NCBI GenBank assembly: GCA_031373875.1
Contig: JANMNK010000437.1
Coordinates: forward strand, 1 to 37,822
Reading direction: 5' to 3'
From: Pirellulaceae bacterium
GTDB taxonomy: Bacteria > Planctomycetota > Planctomycetia > Pirellulales > Pirellulaceae
DNA: 37,822 nt
The notes beneath the pieces were generated by a model. It saw only the letters and a program-made list of their open reading frames with translations, did not search any database and was not told the DNA's origin. Each line of letters begins with the position of its first letter. The first letter of the stretch is position 1. Both the position numbers and the translations under genes were made by a program. Shown here piece after piece: positions 9,384 to 18,702 of the stretch.

Positions 9384-10382
9384 CTAGGCGGTTGCTGGCG
9401 TTTCTAATAATGCATCGCGAGCCGCCTGCAGAACGCGATTCCGGACTTCCGTGAAATCGCCTTCGACAAAAGCACCCGCTGCAGCACGATGCCCCCCACC
9501 CCCAAAATTCCTTGCCAATACATTGCAATCGACGTGGCAGCGGCTACGAAAACTAATCTTGAATCCGCCCTTCAATTGTTCGACAAAAATCAACGCGACT
9601 TTTGTCCCCGCAATTGCTAACGTCAAATTGATAACATCCTCCGTATCGCTGGGCAGAGCGCCGGTGTCCGGAAAATCTTCTTTGCGCACATACGTATGAA
9701 CGAGCTGGCCACTCAATTCGTCTTCAACACGTCCGAGAATCCTGCCTCGCAGTCGCACACGACCGACCGTATCTTGCTCGTACAGATCCCCGTAAACGCT
9801 CGAAGGATTGGCTCCCGCTGCGACGAGATCGGCAATGACGCGATACGTTTCACTTGTCGTCGACGCAAACCGGAACCAACCCGTATCGGTTGCAATCGCA
9901 GCGTAAAGTGCAGTCGCCATAGGCTTTGTAATCTTGACATTCATTTGCTTGGCGCAATCAGCCACCAAATGCCCTGTGGCTTCGGCGCTCGTATCTTTAA
10001 AAAACTGAGTACCCAAATCGTCTTCGCCAACATGATGGTCAATTACCAATTTCGTTCCGGTAAACCGCCGCACCACATCGGCCATCGCACCAAGCTGCGC
10101 CCACGCGCTGGTGTCCAAAATAATCAAGCAGTCGCCCGTGACGTCGTCGGTCGGGATTTGCTCTCCGACAACGAGAATACGTTGACTCGGGTCGAGAAAC
10201 GATAGATTCGGTGGCGTGGGATGACCGTTGATAATCGTCACCGTCTTGCCCAATGACTCCAACAATCCCGCCATCCCCAATTCGCTACCCAATGCATCGC
10301 AATCAGGGCGAATGTGGCTAGTCAAAACAAAACGATTATGTTTGCGCAAGATGCCGGTAAGTTTTTCCCAGTCGATACTCAT
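9384..10382 (-). CDS. nrnA: DHH/DHHA1 family phosphoesterase (bifunctional oligoribonuclease / pAp phosphatase NrnA-like)
   Basis: Motifs HIRPDCDALGS, LIILDTS, VIDHH and the DHHA1 motif GGGGHRAAAGA. 332 aa. Confidence 0.88.
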   Translation of the reverse strand: MSIDWEKLTGILRKHNRFVLTSHIRPDCDALGSELGMAGLLESLGKTVTIINGHPTPPNLSFLDPSQRILVVGEQIPTDDVTGDCLIILDTSAWAQLGAMADVVRRFTGTKLVIDHHVGEDDLGTQFFKDTSAEATGHLVADCAKQMNVKITKPMATALYAAIATDTGWFRFASTTSETYRVIADLVAAGANPSSVYGDLYEQDTVGRVRLRGRILGRVEDELSGQLVHTYVRKEDFPDTGALPSDTEDVINLTLAIAGTKVALIFVEQLKGGFKISFRSRCHVDCNVLARNFGGGGHRAAAGAFVEGDFTEVRNRVLQAARDALLETPATA

Positions 10383-10624
10383 TTGACTCTTTCTAGTCCT
10401 CAGAATTAGAACCTCGTACGTATTGTGGAATTAGTGGAACCGATTCACGAAGCTCACGCAACTACCGGAACTTGGAAATTCGCCGTTAGCGAGCTTGTTT
10501 CGCTCCGAAATTGAATCAACTTGAAATCCTAGATCCAATCTGTACCTCGTGATTCCGATGCCTGCCTTGTCACTTCATATATTGAACAAGTTTTCGGCAT
10601 TTGGCTCCGAGATGAATCGTCTTG

Positions 10625-11371
10625 CTAGTCGTTCTCGCCTACGTCTTGCGACTCCGTTGTGCGATTGCGGGGAACATTGGAATCCAAAATCCATAACCCG
10701 ATCAAAATGACTGCAAGAATAACGGACGCGTATTGGTAACTTGTTAATCCCATAAACAACTTCGATTCGGGACGAATCCATTCCGAGATGAAACGGTACC
10801 CGAGATAAGCCAGTAAGTACGCCTTCAACTGATTGCCGACGAAATACTTTTTCCGATCGGCAACCAAAAGACAAACTGCAGCGGCCAGATGGAAAGCGAC
10901 TTCGTACAGTTGTGTTGGATGCCGAAGCACTCCGGGAGGATCATGTGCGAGAGGGAACGCAACGCCCCAAGGCAGATGGGTGACTGTCCCAAAACAACAC
11001 CCGACGGTAAAGCACGCAATTCGCCCGATGGCAACCGCGATGGCCACGGGCAACGCAAAGGAGTCGCCCGTGCGAACAGTTATCCCGCTCCAGCGTTTGA
11101 CCAACTCGACGGCCAAGTAACCACCGAAAATGCCTCCTAGAATTGTCTTTCCATCGGCAAACCAAGTCGTTCCGCTGAACAGCCCATCCCAGCCAAGTTG
11201 CATGATAAACGGGACTTTGGCTCCAATCATCGCGCCAATGAACGCAGCCAAGCCAATCGCAAAGCGATCCGCAGGATTGGGAAGTATCTTTTTCTGGCGA
11301 CTACGGACCAAGAACGACGCGCAGAGGATCGCCAAAAGCATTGCCAACGCATAGGCCACTCGCCAAAACAT
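10625..11371 (-). CDS. lgt: Prolipoprotein diacylglyceryl transferase
   Basis: Polytopic membrane protein of 248 aa with the Lgt signature RHPTQLYEVAF and GRIACFTVGCCFG...PWGVAFP. Confidence 0.85.
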   Translation of the reverse strand: MFWRVAYALAMLLAILCASFLVRSRQKKILPNPADRFAIGLAAFIGAMIGAKVPFIMQLGWDGLFSGTTWFADGKTILGGIFGGYLAVELVKRWSGITVRTGDSFALPVAIAVAIGRIACFTVGCCFGTVTHLPWGVAFPLAHDPPGVLRHPTQLYEVAFHLAAAVCLLVADRKKYFVGNQLKAYLLAYLGYRFISEWIRPESKLFMGLTSYQYASVILAVILIGLWILDSNVPRNRTTESQDVGEND

Positions 11372-11500
11372 AGACTACCTTATCAATTTTTTGCAAACAA
11401 TGACACAATCGATCGAATACGGAGTAATCATAACTGTTAAGCTAGTAAACTGGGTCGCTTCTGCTCCTCCATTTCAGATTTAATATTACGTGAAGATCGA

Positions 11501-12070
11501 ATGAGCCAAAACTTCAATCCCTATGAGGCTTCGCCCGATTTGGGCCAGCCCGAAAACTTGCAGGTTGATCCCTACCTTGCAAGTCGTGGTCAGTCCATGT
11601 TAACGCAGATGACCGTAGTTGGAATTCTTCAGATCGTTCAAGGTGCACTCGAGTCCTTCTTAGCGGCGAGCTTAATAGCTTTTGCATTCCTGTTCCCAAT
11701 GTTCGCCGCACAAGCAACCCCGGCGACCGCCCAACAAATGCCGCCGAATGTCATGTTTGGTTTGACGATGTATTACGGAATTGCCGGTAGCCTTACCCTC
11801 CTCTTTGGCATCCTTCGAATCATGACCGGAATAATGAGTTTCTGGTTTCGCGGACGACTACTGCTCTTTATCAGTCTCTTCGGTGGCTTAGTGAGTTGTT
11901 CAACGTTTTATTGCTCAATCACTTCGATCGCTCTCGCAATCTACGGCGCGATCGTTCTCACCCAGCCTGGCATAAAATATGCTTTCCAACTAGCCAAGAA
12001 TCGTATGCCTGCAAAGAGTATCCGCACCGCATTTGGCCAAGCCTTTTTTGGTCAACGCGGGGCTAGTTGA
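11501..12070 (+). CDS. Hypothetical small polytopic membrane protein (N-terminal NPY tail)
   Basis: ATG start. Cytoplasmic tail MSQNFNPYEASPDLGQPEN is followed by about 4 hydrophobic segments. No recognisable catalytic motif. Confidence 0.6.
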   Translation: MSQNFNPYEASPDLGQPENLQVDPYLASRGQSMLTQMTVVGILQIVQGALESFLAASLIAFAFLFPMFAAQATPATAQQMPPNVMFGLTMYYGIAGSLTLLFGILRIMTGIMSFWFRGRLLLFISLFGGLVSCSTFYCSITSIALAIYGAIVLTQPGIKYAFQLAKNRMPAKSIRTAFGQAFFGQRGAS

Positions 12071-12100
12071 AGGTCTTCAAGATAGCCATGTAGCAGAAAA

Positions 12101-13570
12101 TCACTTTGCAATAACGGGCTCTTGAAAAGCATCCGCACGAAGCATTGGCAGGGGAACATGGCCGTTGCGATAAAGAACGTTGTAAGCGCAAAACGGAATA
12201 ATATGTCCCGAAGGCAGCACGTGGTGAGTGCAGCACTTCATGACTCGGCGAACATCGAAATTGTACGCATCTAGAAACGAAGTGATCGTGATTCGCAACA
12301 ATTGTTTCGCGCCCAATTCTTTCGCAAGTGCTTGCGCAAAAAACGTGTCGGAAACTTTTTCAAGGGATGGTTTTATTACCGGCATCACAGGTTGCTCGCC
12401 TTCGTCGCAACACCCGGTCGGCCCACAGCAGTTTTGTCTGGCTAGGTAAAGCTGGACCAGACGCTTTCCATCGTCTCGCGTAAAACTTAGGCCATTTGCC
12501 AACAAGTCGAGATTGGGTTTGGTATCAACAAATCTCGTCAAAGGAACCAAGTGACCTTCATGACGAAACGCCAACGATAGAATGTGGCAGTTTGGATGCG
12601 CACACGGTAACGGGAAAAAGTCCTCCTGTGTAAAAACACCGTTCGACTGTGTACATAGTTCTTGAATAACGTCTGGAAAGGTAATCCGCTGCTCAAGATC
12701 TTCCGGCAAATAATGGCGACCGCTGTATGTCGCCGGCTGTAAACTCAGACCTGTAATCCATGGTCGCGCGGCAGCGAAATCCAACAACGGTCCCAGTTGG
12801 TCGAGATTAACCCCTGCTTGTAATGTAGTAACGATCGTTGCATGCAGGCCCGATTGTCCTATTCGTTCGAGAGCGGCAAGCTTTGTTTCGGTCAGCTTAG
12901 CTCCGCGCAGCGCTACCTGAACTTCGTCGTTGAGGCCATCCAGTTGAAAGTAGATTTCGACCCGCTCTCGATTGGCAGCTAGTTTTTCAATCAAGCGATC
13001 GTCTTTGGCAAATCGAATTCCGTTCGTATTGATCATCACGTATTCGATAGGCTTGCTAAGCGCGTAGTCCAATATCGTTTCAAATTCCGGGTGAGTCGTC
13101 GGCTCACCACCGGATATCTGTAGAACGTCGGCTCGCCCTTCGGCTTGGACCAACGCATCAATGGCTCGAAAAACCTCTTCAACGCTACGGTGTTTCTGCC
13201 CCGGTGAGCTTGCCGCGTAACACATGGGACATGTCAAATTGCAATTGTCGGTAATTTCCAACACGCCGATGCACGTATGCTGCTCATGCTCACTACACAA
13301 TCCGCAGTCTAAGGGGCAACCACGATCTGGCTCGACAAAGGTCTTTGAAGGAACGCGCGCCGGTAACGCGTAATCGTATCGATCGTACCAAGAGGAATCG
13401 CTACAAATGAAGTCCTCGCGCGTACCGTGCGTCTTGCATTTTTTCCGAAAGTAAACTCGGCGGCCACGTGCAATGATCTTGGCGGGAACGACGTCCAAAC
13501 ATTCGGGACAGAGGCTTTGCGTTGTCCCTAAGAATGTATAGTCTCGCGTCGTAATTTTGGTGGCCTGCAT
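12101..13570 (-). CDS. Radical SAM enzyme, COG1964 type (MJ0619 / GDGT-MAS / Tes-like architecture)
   Basis: CxxxCxxC cluster motif CNLTCPMCYA. N-terminal Cys pair plus Cys/His (LCPEC...CKTHG). C-terminal Cys-rich segments QNCCGPTGCC and KCCTHHVLPSGHIIPFCAYN. GGEPT SAM-binding motif in ISGGEPTTHPEF. Confidence 0.85.
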   Translation of the reverse strand: MQATKITTRDYTFLGTTQSLCPECLDVVPAKIIARGRRVYFRKKCKTHGTREDFICSDSSWYDRYDYALPARVPSKTFVEPDRGCPLDCGLCSEHEQHTCIGVLEITDNCNLTCPMCYAASSPGQKHRSVEEVFRAIDALVQAEGRADVLQISGGEPTTHPEFETILDYALSKPIEYVMINTNGIRFAKDDRLIEKLAANRERVEIYFQLDGLNDEVQVALRGAKLTETKLAALERIGQSGLHATIVTTLQAGVNLDQLGPLLDFAAARPWITGLSLQPATYSGRHYLPEDLEQRITFPDVIQELCTQSNGVFTQEDFFPLPCAHPNCHILSLAFRHEGHLVPLTRFVDTKPNLDLLANGLSFTRDDGKRLVQLYLARQNCCGPTGCCDEGEQPVMPVIKPSLEKVSDTFFAQALAKELGAKQLLRITITSFLDAYNFDVRRVMKCCTHHVLPSGHIIPFCAYNVLYRNGHVPLPMLRADAFQEPVIAK

Positions 13571-13675
13571 GTCCTATTTCCCTGCTAAAGGTTTCCCGGC
13601 TAAATGCTCTTTAGAAAATCGTCGTCCCGTCGACGGCTTCGCTCCGTAATCAAAACAAGTCCTCTGTTGCTTTCG

Positions 13676-14188
13676 TCAACGAACGGACTTCCTTAGAATC
13701 CACGCTGCAACCCAGATCGCAGCGCAAAAACTGAAACCGATGACGACGATGATGCCCATCGACCCTAATTCGGGCGATGAATTGACTGCCGGAGCAAAAC
13801 TAAAAAGTGCAAATCCCGTTGGAAAGCAAACTGCGACGAAGGCGATACCTGAGGCGATTGTCGTTAGAAATCCGATTCCTAAACTCGACATCATGAACGG
13901 GGCCATCGAGATTGCGATCGTGTTGGCCACAGACTCTATTCTTCGCCTCTGGATGCTTCGCAGTTGCATTAGTGAGCGTGCCACCGCAAAAACGACCGTG
14001 AAGATCATGAGCAATCCCAGCGGTGGAACCAAATAAATCAGCGGCAAGCTCACAAAAAACAAAAGCGTTAGCGTTCCCCAGTATTCCCATGAGAATGGAC
14101 TCGGAATTCTTGATTCATCTTCCGCCAAACTCGGCGGACTATACGGATTTGGCGTCTCGCTCAAGCTGGACTCACGGATCGGATTCAT
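13676..14188 (-). CDS. Hypothetical small polytopic membrane protein (N-terminal NPY tail)
   Basis: ATG start. Tail MNPIRESSLSETPNPYSPPSLAEDE is followed by about 4 hydrophobic segments. It lies 105 nt upstream of the radical SAM gene on the same strand. Confidence 0.55.
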   Translation of the reverse strand: MNPIRESSLSETPNPYSPPSLAEDESRIPSPFSWEYWGTLTLLFFVSLPLIYLVPPLGLLMIFTVVFAVARSLMQLRSIQRRRIESVANTIAISMAPFMMSSLGIGFLTTIASGIAFVAVCFPTGFALFSFAPAVNSSPELGSMGIIVVIGFSFCAAIWVAAWILRKSVR

Positions 14189-14578
14189 AGGACAGCGGGA
14201 ATTGGAAAAGGTGCAAATCGACTGGACTAAATCTTATCCTAACGTCGAGGTCTCGACAGCGTACAGATTGCTTCCAAATTTTCGTGTTACAATTTTCGCG
14301 TTCTTGAATCTGACTTTGGAACAATTCATTAATTCCCAGCATTCGATTCACTTTGCCGAAAAACATTGAGTCGGCGAATTTGGAGTTGCAGTTGACGAAG
14401 CAAAACTTGGCAATTTGCTATCAGCCAACCCAATTGGGCAACTATTGCAAAAACACTCTCGAGATTAGTCGCAAGCCCATGAGCGACTGGCAAAACCAGC
14501 ATGCAGCGGCTATCGTGAACCTATCAATTCGGACCTACATCGCTCCAGATTCTCTAAATATCAAGCTAGGATAATCGC

Positions 14579-15595
14579 GTGGTGGATTCTGCCATTCTCC
14601 AACAAGCTCGCCAAGCCAGCGATTCATTTGTCGATCAAGTACAACACATCCGAGGGCAATTACGACAAGTAATCGTCGGCCAAGATGAGGTGCTGGATCA
14701 ATTGTTAATCTGTGCGCTCACTGGCTCTCACGCGTTGCTGGTCGGTGCTCCCGGTCTAGCCAAGACCCTGATGGTCAAAGCTTTGGCCAGCGTCTTCCAT
14801 TGGCGATTCTCGAGAGTTCAGTTTACACCTGACCTTATGCCCAGCGATATTACTGGCTACGAGCTGCTGTCGCGGGAAGCCATGTCGGGCGAGATGCGGA
14901 TGCAATTTCGACGCGGTCCGATTTTCGCAAATCTTGTACTTGCGGATGAAATTAATCGAGCCGCTCCTAAGACGCAATCCGCGCTGCTCGAAGCAATGGC
15001 GGAACGACACGTGACAGTTGGGGGCGAAACCTACACGCTCGATGAACCATTTATCGTGGTGGCAACCCAGAATCCTATCGAGCAGGAAGGCACCTACCCA
15101 CTGCCCGAAGCGCAATTGGATCGGTTTATGATGGAAATTCACGTCGGTTATCCAACGCCCGCGCAAGAAAAAGAAATTGTGCTCAAGACAACCTCGGAGG
15201 CGATTGCTTTGCCCGAAAGCCGTTTGACTAAAGACTCTTTCCTGGAACTCCGCAGTTTGGTCCGCGCGGTTCCCGTCGCAGACAGCGTTGCGGAATATGC
15301 CGTCGCCCTTTGCAATCGCACTCGCCCCGACAGCCCAACTTGCAGTGACGAATCGAAGAAATACGTTGCCTTTGGCGCTGGTCCACGCGGAAGCCAAAAT
15401 TTGGTGCTGGCAGCAAAGGCACGAGCTTTACTGCAAGGCCGTGCTTCACCACTCGTTGACGATATTCGAGAGGTCGCTGTTGCAATCCTTCGCCATCGTA
15501 TCATCTTGAACCATCGCGCGATCGGCGACGATTATTCTGTTGAGAAACTCATTGCTTCGATCATCAAATCCACGCCCATGGCCACCGGACATTAG
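14579..15595 (+). CDS. MoxR-family AAA+ ATPase
   Basis: Walker A LLVGAPGLAKTL, Walker B/MoxR box LVLADEINRAAPKTQSALLEAMAERHVTVGG, and sensor region VVATQNPIEQEGTYPLPEAQLDRF. GTG start. Confidence 0.93.
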   Translation: MVDSAILQQARQASDSFVDQVQHIRGQLRQVIVGQDEVLDQLLICALTGSHALLVGAPGLAKTLMVKALASVFHWRFSRVQFTPDLMPSDITGYELLSREAMSGEMRMQFRRGPIFANLVLADEINRAAPKTQSALLEAMAERHVTVGGETYTLDEPFIVVATQNPIEQEGTYPLPEAQLDRFMMEIHVGYPTPAQEKEIVLKTTSEAIALPESRLTKDSFLELRSLVRAVPVADSVAEYAVALCNRTRPDSPTCSDESKKYVAFGAGPRGSQNLVLAAKARALLQGRASPLVDDIREVAVAILRHRIILNHRAIGDDYSVEKLIASIIKSTPMATGH

Positions 15596-15638
15596 CAGAT
15601 ATTAAACGGGTCATACGAGATCGGACATCATCAACACT

Positions 15639-16559
15639 ATGAGCCAAATGTACAGCCCTAGTTCGACGATTTTTTTTGAGCCCTCGAAACTAGCGGGCCT
15701 GGAAAAAATGCGATTCACTGCAAGACGTCGTGTCGAAGGGTCCTACACGGGCCGGCATCTTGCAAAACGCTTGGGCGGGGCCGGAGAGTTTGTCGACTAC
15801 CGTGAATACACTCCCGGTGACGACCTGCGCCGCCTTGACTGGCGTGTACTCGGTCGAACCGGAAGATCGTATTTAAAGGTTTATCAAGATGAAACCGACT
15901 TGTCCTGCACATTGGTTATTGACGGGAGCGGTTCGATGTTTCAAGGAGCCAAATCCGCGAAAAACTTAAGCGGTTCAAAATTGCAGTGGGTTCAATATTT
16001 TGCAACGGCCCTGACGCATCTCATCATTCTAGGACGCGATCATGCTGGACTTGCATTGCTCCAACAGGACACTGTCGATTATTTGCCTCCGTCGTCGTCG
16101 TTCAAGCAACGCGGTTTGCTGCATGAAGCCATCGGCCGAATTCGACCTAACGGCACAACTTGTTTGGCAGAAGGCCTGAACCAGTTGATGCTCAGCGTCA
16201 AACGCCGCGGTGTCCTCATGCTCTTTAGCGATTTCCTCGTCGATTCCACGGACTTACTGGCAGCCAGCATCCGCAAGTTTCGCGCTCGCGGCTGGGAAGT
16301 TATCGCGGTCCATGTCATCCATCCTGACGAAGAGCATCTTCCACAAGGCCCGGCTTACCGTTTTTGGGGCCTCGAAGCCGAAGGGATCATCAGTTGCCAA
16401 CCTTCAGAAATTCGTCGCGAATACGAAGAGCAATTTCTGAACTTCGTTTCCGAAACGCGCGCTCTTCTCATCGGTTTAGGTTGCGAATACCATCGCGTGT
16501 CAACTGCCGAAAGCTATCTTGACGTTTTGCGTTCGTTTCTCGTACTGCGAAGCGAGTGA
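15639..16559 (+). CDS. DUF58 domain protein (VWA-like, MoxR partner)
   Basis: Hallmark GEFVDYREYTPGDDLRRLDWRV and a MIDAS-like VIDGSGSM. It lies 43 nt after the MoxR gene. Confidence 0.9.
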   Translation: MSQMYSPSSTIFFEPSKLAGLEKMRFTARRRVEGSYTGRHLAKRLGGAGEFVDYREYTPGDDLRRLDWRVLGRTGRSYLKVYQDETDLSCTLVIDGSGSMFQGAKSAKNLSGSKLQWVQYFATALTHLIILGRDHAGLALLQQDTVDYLPPSSSFKQRGLLHEAIGRIRPNGTTCLAEGLNQLMLSVKRRGVLMLFSDFLVDSTDLLAASIRKFRARGWEVIAVHVIHPDEEHLPQGPAYRFWGLEAEGIISCQPSEIRREYEEQFLNFVSETRALLIGLGCEYHRVSTAESYLDVLRSFLVLRSE

Positions 16560-16587
16560 TGATGCGGTTGCACAGGATTGAGGCATC

Positions 16588-18540
16588 ATGACGTTTTTGC
16601 ACTTTTGGGCCATCGGAATTGGAAGCGCAGCGATTGCAGCGCCGATCGCAATCCACTTCCTAACGAAACCACGGCCAAAATCGATGCCGCTTTCGACGCT
16701 ACGGTTTTTGAAACAAGTTCTGCAGCAGCGCCGAGCCCGCAGCCGATTTCGCGATTTCCTCGTGCTCTTACTAAGGACTTTGGCGATCGCCTTGCTATCG
16801 ATGGCGTTGGCCCGTCCATTTTTTGAAGACAAAGCTGCCATCGATCCCTCCGTTCCAGGTGCGGTGTCGCGTGTCATCTTGATGGACGTCAGTCTTAGCA
16901 TGGACACCAGCGTTGCAGGTGCATCGGTTTGGAATCGAGCGCAGGCTGCCGCTCTTCGTTATGTTGAGTACTCACCGGGCCTTCAAGCCGAAATCATTTT
17001 CGTAAGAGCCCGGCCTCGAAGTGTATTCGGACGGTTATCTTCTAACTTAGAAGCCCTTCGCGAGTCGATTCGACAAACATCCGTTCGGAGCGAACGAGCC
17101 GACGTTCGAGCGGCTATCGAACAAGCGAGCCGAACGCTTCAAATGAAAGGAAACGTGCCCAGCGAGCTGATCGTTATTTCGGATTTTCAACGAAGCAATT
17201 GGGGCTCGTTGTTTTTGGACGAAATCCCCGAGTCCACAAAAATACAACTTGAATCCGTGGCTATGAACGACACCGACAATATCGGCATCACCGCAGTTCG
17301 AACGGCGTCGAGACCCGTGGCTGGTCGGCCTTTCCATCTGGAGATCGACGTTTCAAATCATACGGATCGAACCGCCGAAGTTCGCTGCAACGCGGAATTG
17401 AATGCGCAAAAATTTCAACTGGCAGGCTCCATCCTAGCCCGAACAACGGGAACAATTACCAAGCAAATCGCTATGCCGGAACCGGGGTGGTGCCGAGGAT
17501 GGGTGTCGCTTGACTCGAATTTGGACGTATTGTCTGGCGACGACGAACGACCCGTCGCTTTCGAAATTAATGCGCCACCACGGGTGTGTTTGATCACGCG
17601 GCAACTGCCATCGCAGGTCCCCAGTTCCAGCTTTTATCTGAATCAAGTCATGAGCATCGCAATCGGTGGGTCGGAAGCCAGCGACAATGCCTTTACGACG
17701 ATCACGAGAGCGAGCACGAATAGCCTAACAGCGACTAATGTGCCGACAGCCGATTTATTTGTCATTGATCATCCAGGGACAATCAATAACGATGTTTTGC
17801 AGACGTTAGCTCAGCGAGTGCGACGCGGCAAATCTCTTTTGTGGGTTGCAAGCAGCCTCGCGGATGGTGTGGCAATCGAGCAACTGACGCCAATGCTCGG
17901 TAGCGGTTTCCAACCTCCCGTTCAATTTTCCGCGCCTCGCGATGGAGTAATCCGTAAAGATCTTTTCATTGCATCGACACGCGGTCGTGAACCGCCCTTC
18001 GCGATCTTTGGTGATTCCAACTCGTCGATACTCGGCACGGTGCGAATCGGGGGGGGATTAGACTCACGCACGACGCGAGAAGGGTTACAAGATCAATTGC
18101 TTGCTCAATTAAGCGACTCCTCCGCGCTCCTCTACGTGACACCATGCGACGCCGGACAAGTCGCCGTGCTCAACATGGACTTGGAGAACTCCAATTGGTA
18201 CCGCGAACAAAGCTTTGTTCCCGTCCTTAGTGAGTTAATGCAGTTGCTTTTATCAACTCATACTGCGGGCAATGAAAGTTTTTGTGGCGAGCCTATCGTT
18301 CGCGTCTTGCCAAATACCTTGACGGACGAATCAACAGTGGACGTTAGAAATAGTGATATTCGATCGCCAGTTTCCGAAAACTATGGTAAATGGGAATGGT
18401 CGGAAACCCAGTCTGCCTTGATTTGGACCTGGCAAGATCCGGTTGGGGCCGGAGTTTATGAACTTCGTAATGCCGGGCAAACGATCGCAGCCGTTGCTAC
18501 TTGCGCCCCAGCACTCGAATCGGATTGGGCAACTCTTTAA
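16588..18540 (+). CDS. BatA-N-terminal-domain (double-TM) / VWA-like membrane protein; ORF closed by an in-frame TAA that may be premature
   Basis: N-terminus MTFLHFWAIGIGSAAIAAPIAIHFL...LLLRTLAIALLSMALARPFF matches the aerotolerance-regulator N-terminal double-TM domain. MIDAS DxSxS is present in VILMDVSLSM. The ORF ends ...APALESDWATL-TAA. Confidence 0.85.
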   Translation: MTFLHFWAIGIGSAAIAAPIAIHFLTKPRPKSMPLSTLRFLKQVLQQRRARSRFRDFLVLLLRTLAIALLSMALARPFFEDKAAIDPSVPGAVSRVILMDVSLSMDTSVAGASVWNRAQAAALRYVEYSPGLQAEIIFVRARPRSVFGRLSSNLEALRESIRQTSVRSERADVRAAIEQASRTLQMKGNVPSELIVISDFQRSNWGSLFLDEIPESTKIQLESVAMNDTDNIGITAVRTASRPVAGRPFHLEIDVSNHTDRTAEVRCNAELNAQKFQLAGSILARTTGTITKQIAMPEPGWCRGWVSLDSNLDVLSGDDERPVAFEINAPPRVCLITRQLPSQVPSSSFYLNQVMSIAIGGSEASDNAFTTITRASTNSLTATNVPTADLFVIDHPGTINNDVLQTLAQRVRRGKSLLWVASSLADGVAIEQLTPMLGSGFQPPVQFSAPRDGVIRKDLFIASTRGREPPFAIFGDSNSSILGTVRIGGGLDSRTTREGLQDQLLAQLSDSSALLYVTPCDAGQVAVLNMDLENSNWYREQSFVPVLSELMQLLLSTHTAGNESFCGEPIVRVLPNTLTDESTVDVRNSDIRSPVSENYGKWEWSETQSALIWTWQDPVGAGVYELRNAGQTIAAVATCAPALESDWATL

Positions 18541-18702
18541 AAATCGACTCTACAAGGCAGGATCTCGGGGACTCGCCCTATCGGCTTTCGAACTGCGGAT
18601 GATGAAGACGATAACGATGATTCACTTTGGAACTGGCTCATTGTGGCATGCATTCTAGGAATGCTAAGTGAGCTGAGTGCGCTTCGATGGTTTCGCAGTT
18701 GA
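18541..18702 (+). other. In-frame continuation of the preceding CDS after TAA: acidic tract plus hydrophobic C-terminal anchor (possible lost or read-through C-terminus)
   Basis: Same frame as 16588. 53 sense codons read KSTLQGRISGTRPIGFRTADDEDDNDDSLWNWLIVACILGMLSELSALRWFRS, then TGA at 18700-18702. There is no usable start codon for an independent ORF before the ATG at 18661. Confidence 0.5.

Noticed and set aside
14244-14257. The palindrome gtcgag-gt-ctcgac in the divergent region upstream of the 170-aa membrane protein gene and the MoxR gene.
   Set aside because: Six-plus-six palindromes are expected several times by chance in 38 kb. There is no second copy and no known motif.
14353-14574. 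A 73-aa ORF in the 390-nt region upstream of the MoxR gene.
   Set aside because: It has a TTG start, no SD, and a composition unlike its neighbours, with no motifs. It is probably non-coding leader or promoter DNA.
14756-15397. A 213-aa antisense ORF inside the MoxR gene. Similar long antisense ORFs occur at 21122-21619, 16500-16907, 18776-19162 and 20648-21094.
   Set aside because: The sense strands carry unambiguous conserved motifs. The antisense translations are Arg/Ser/Gly-rich with no motifs, which is typical of shadow ORFs.
18049-18056. A G8 homopolymer inside the BatA-like CDS (codes IGGG). A T8 run also occurs at 15670-15677 in the DUF58 gene.
   Set aside because: Both are in frame with sensible protein sequence on either side. 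There is no evidence of phase variation from a single sequence. They are noted only as indel-prone sites when judging the other frame anomalies.
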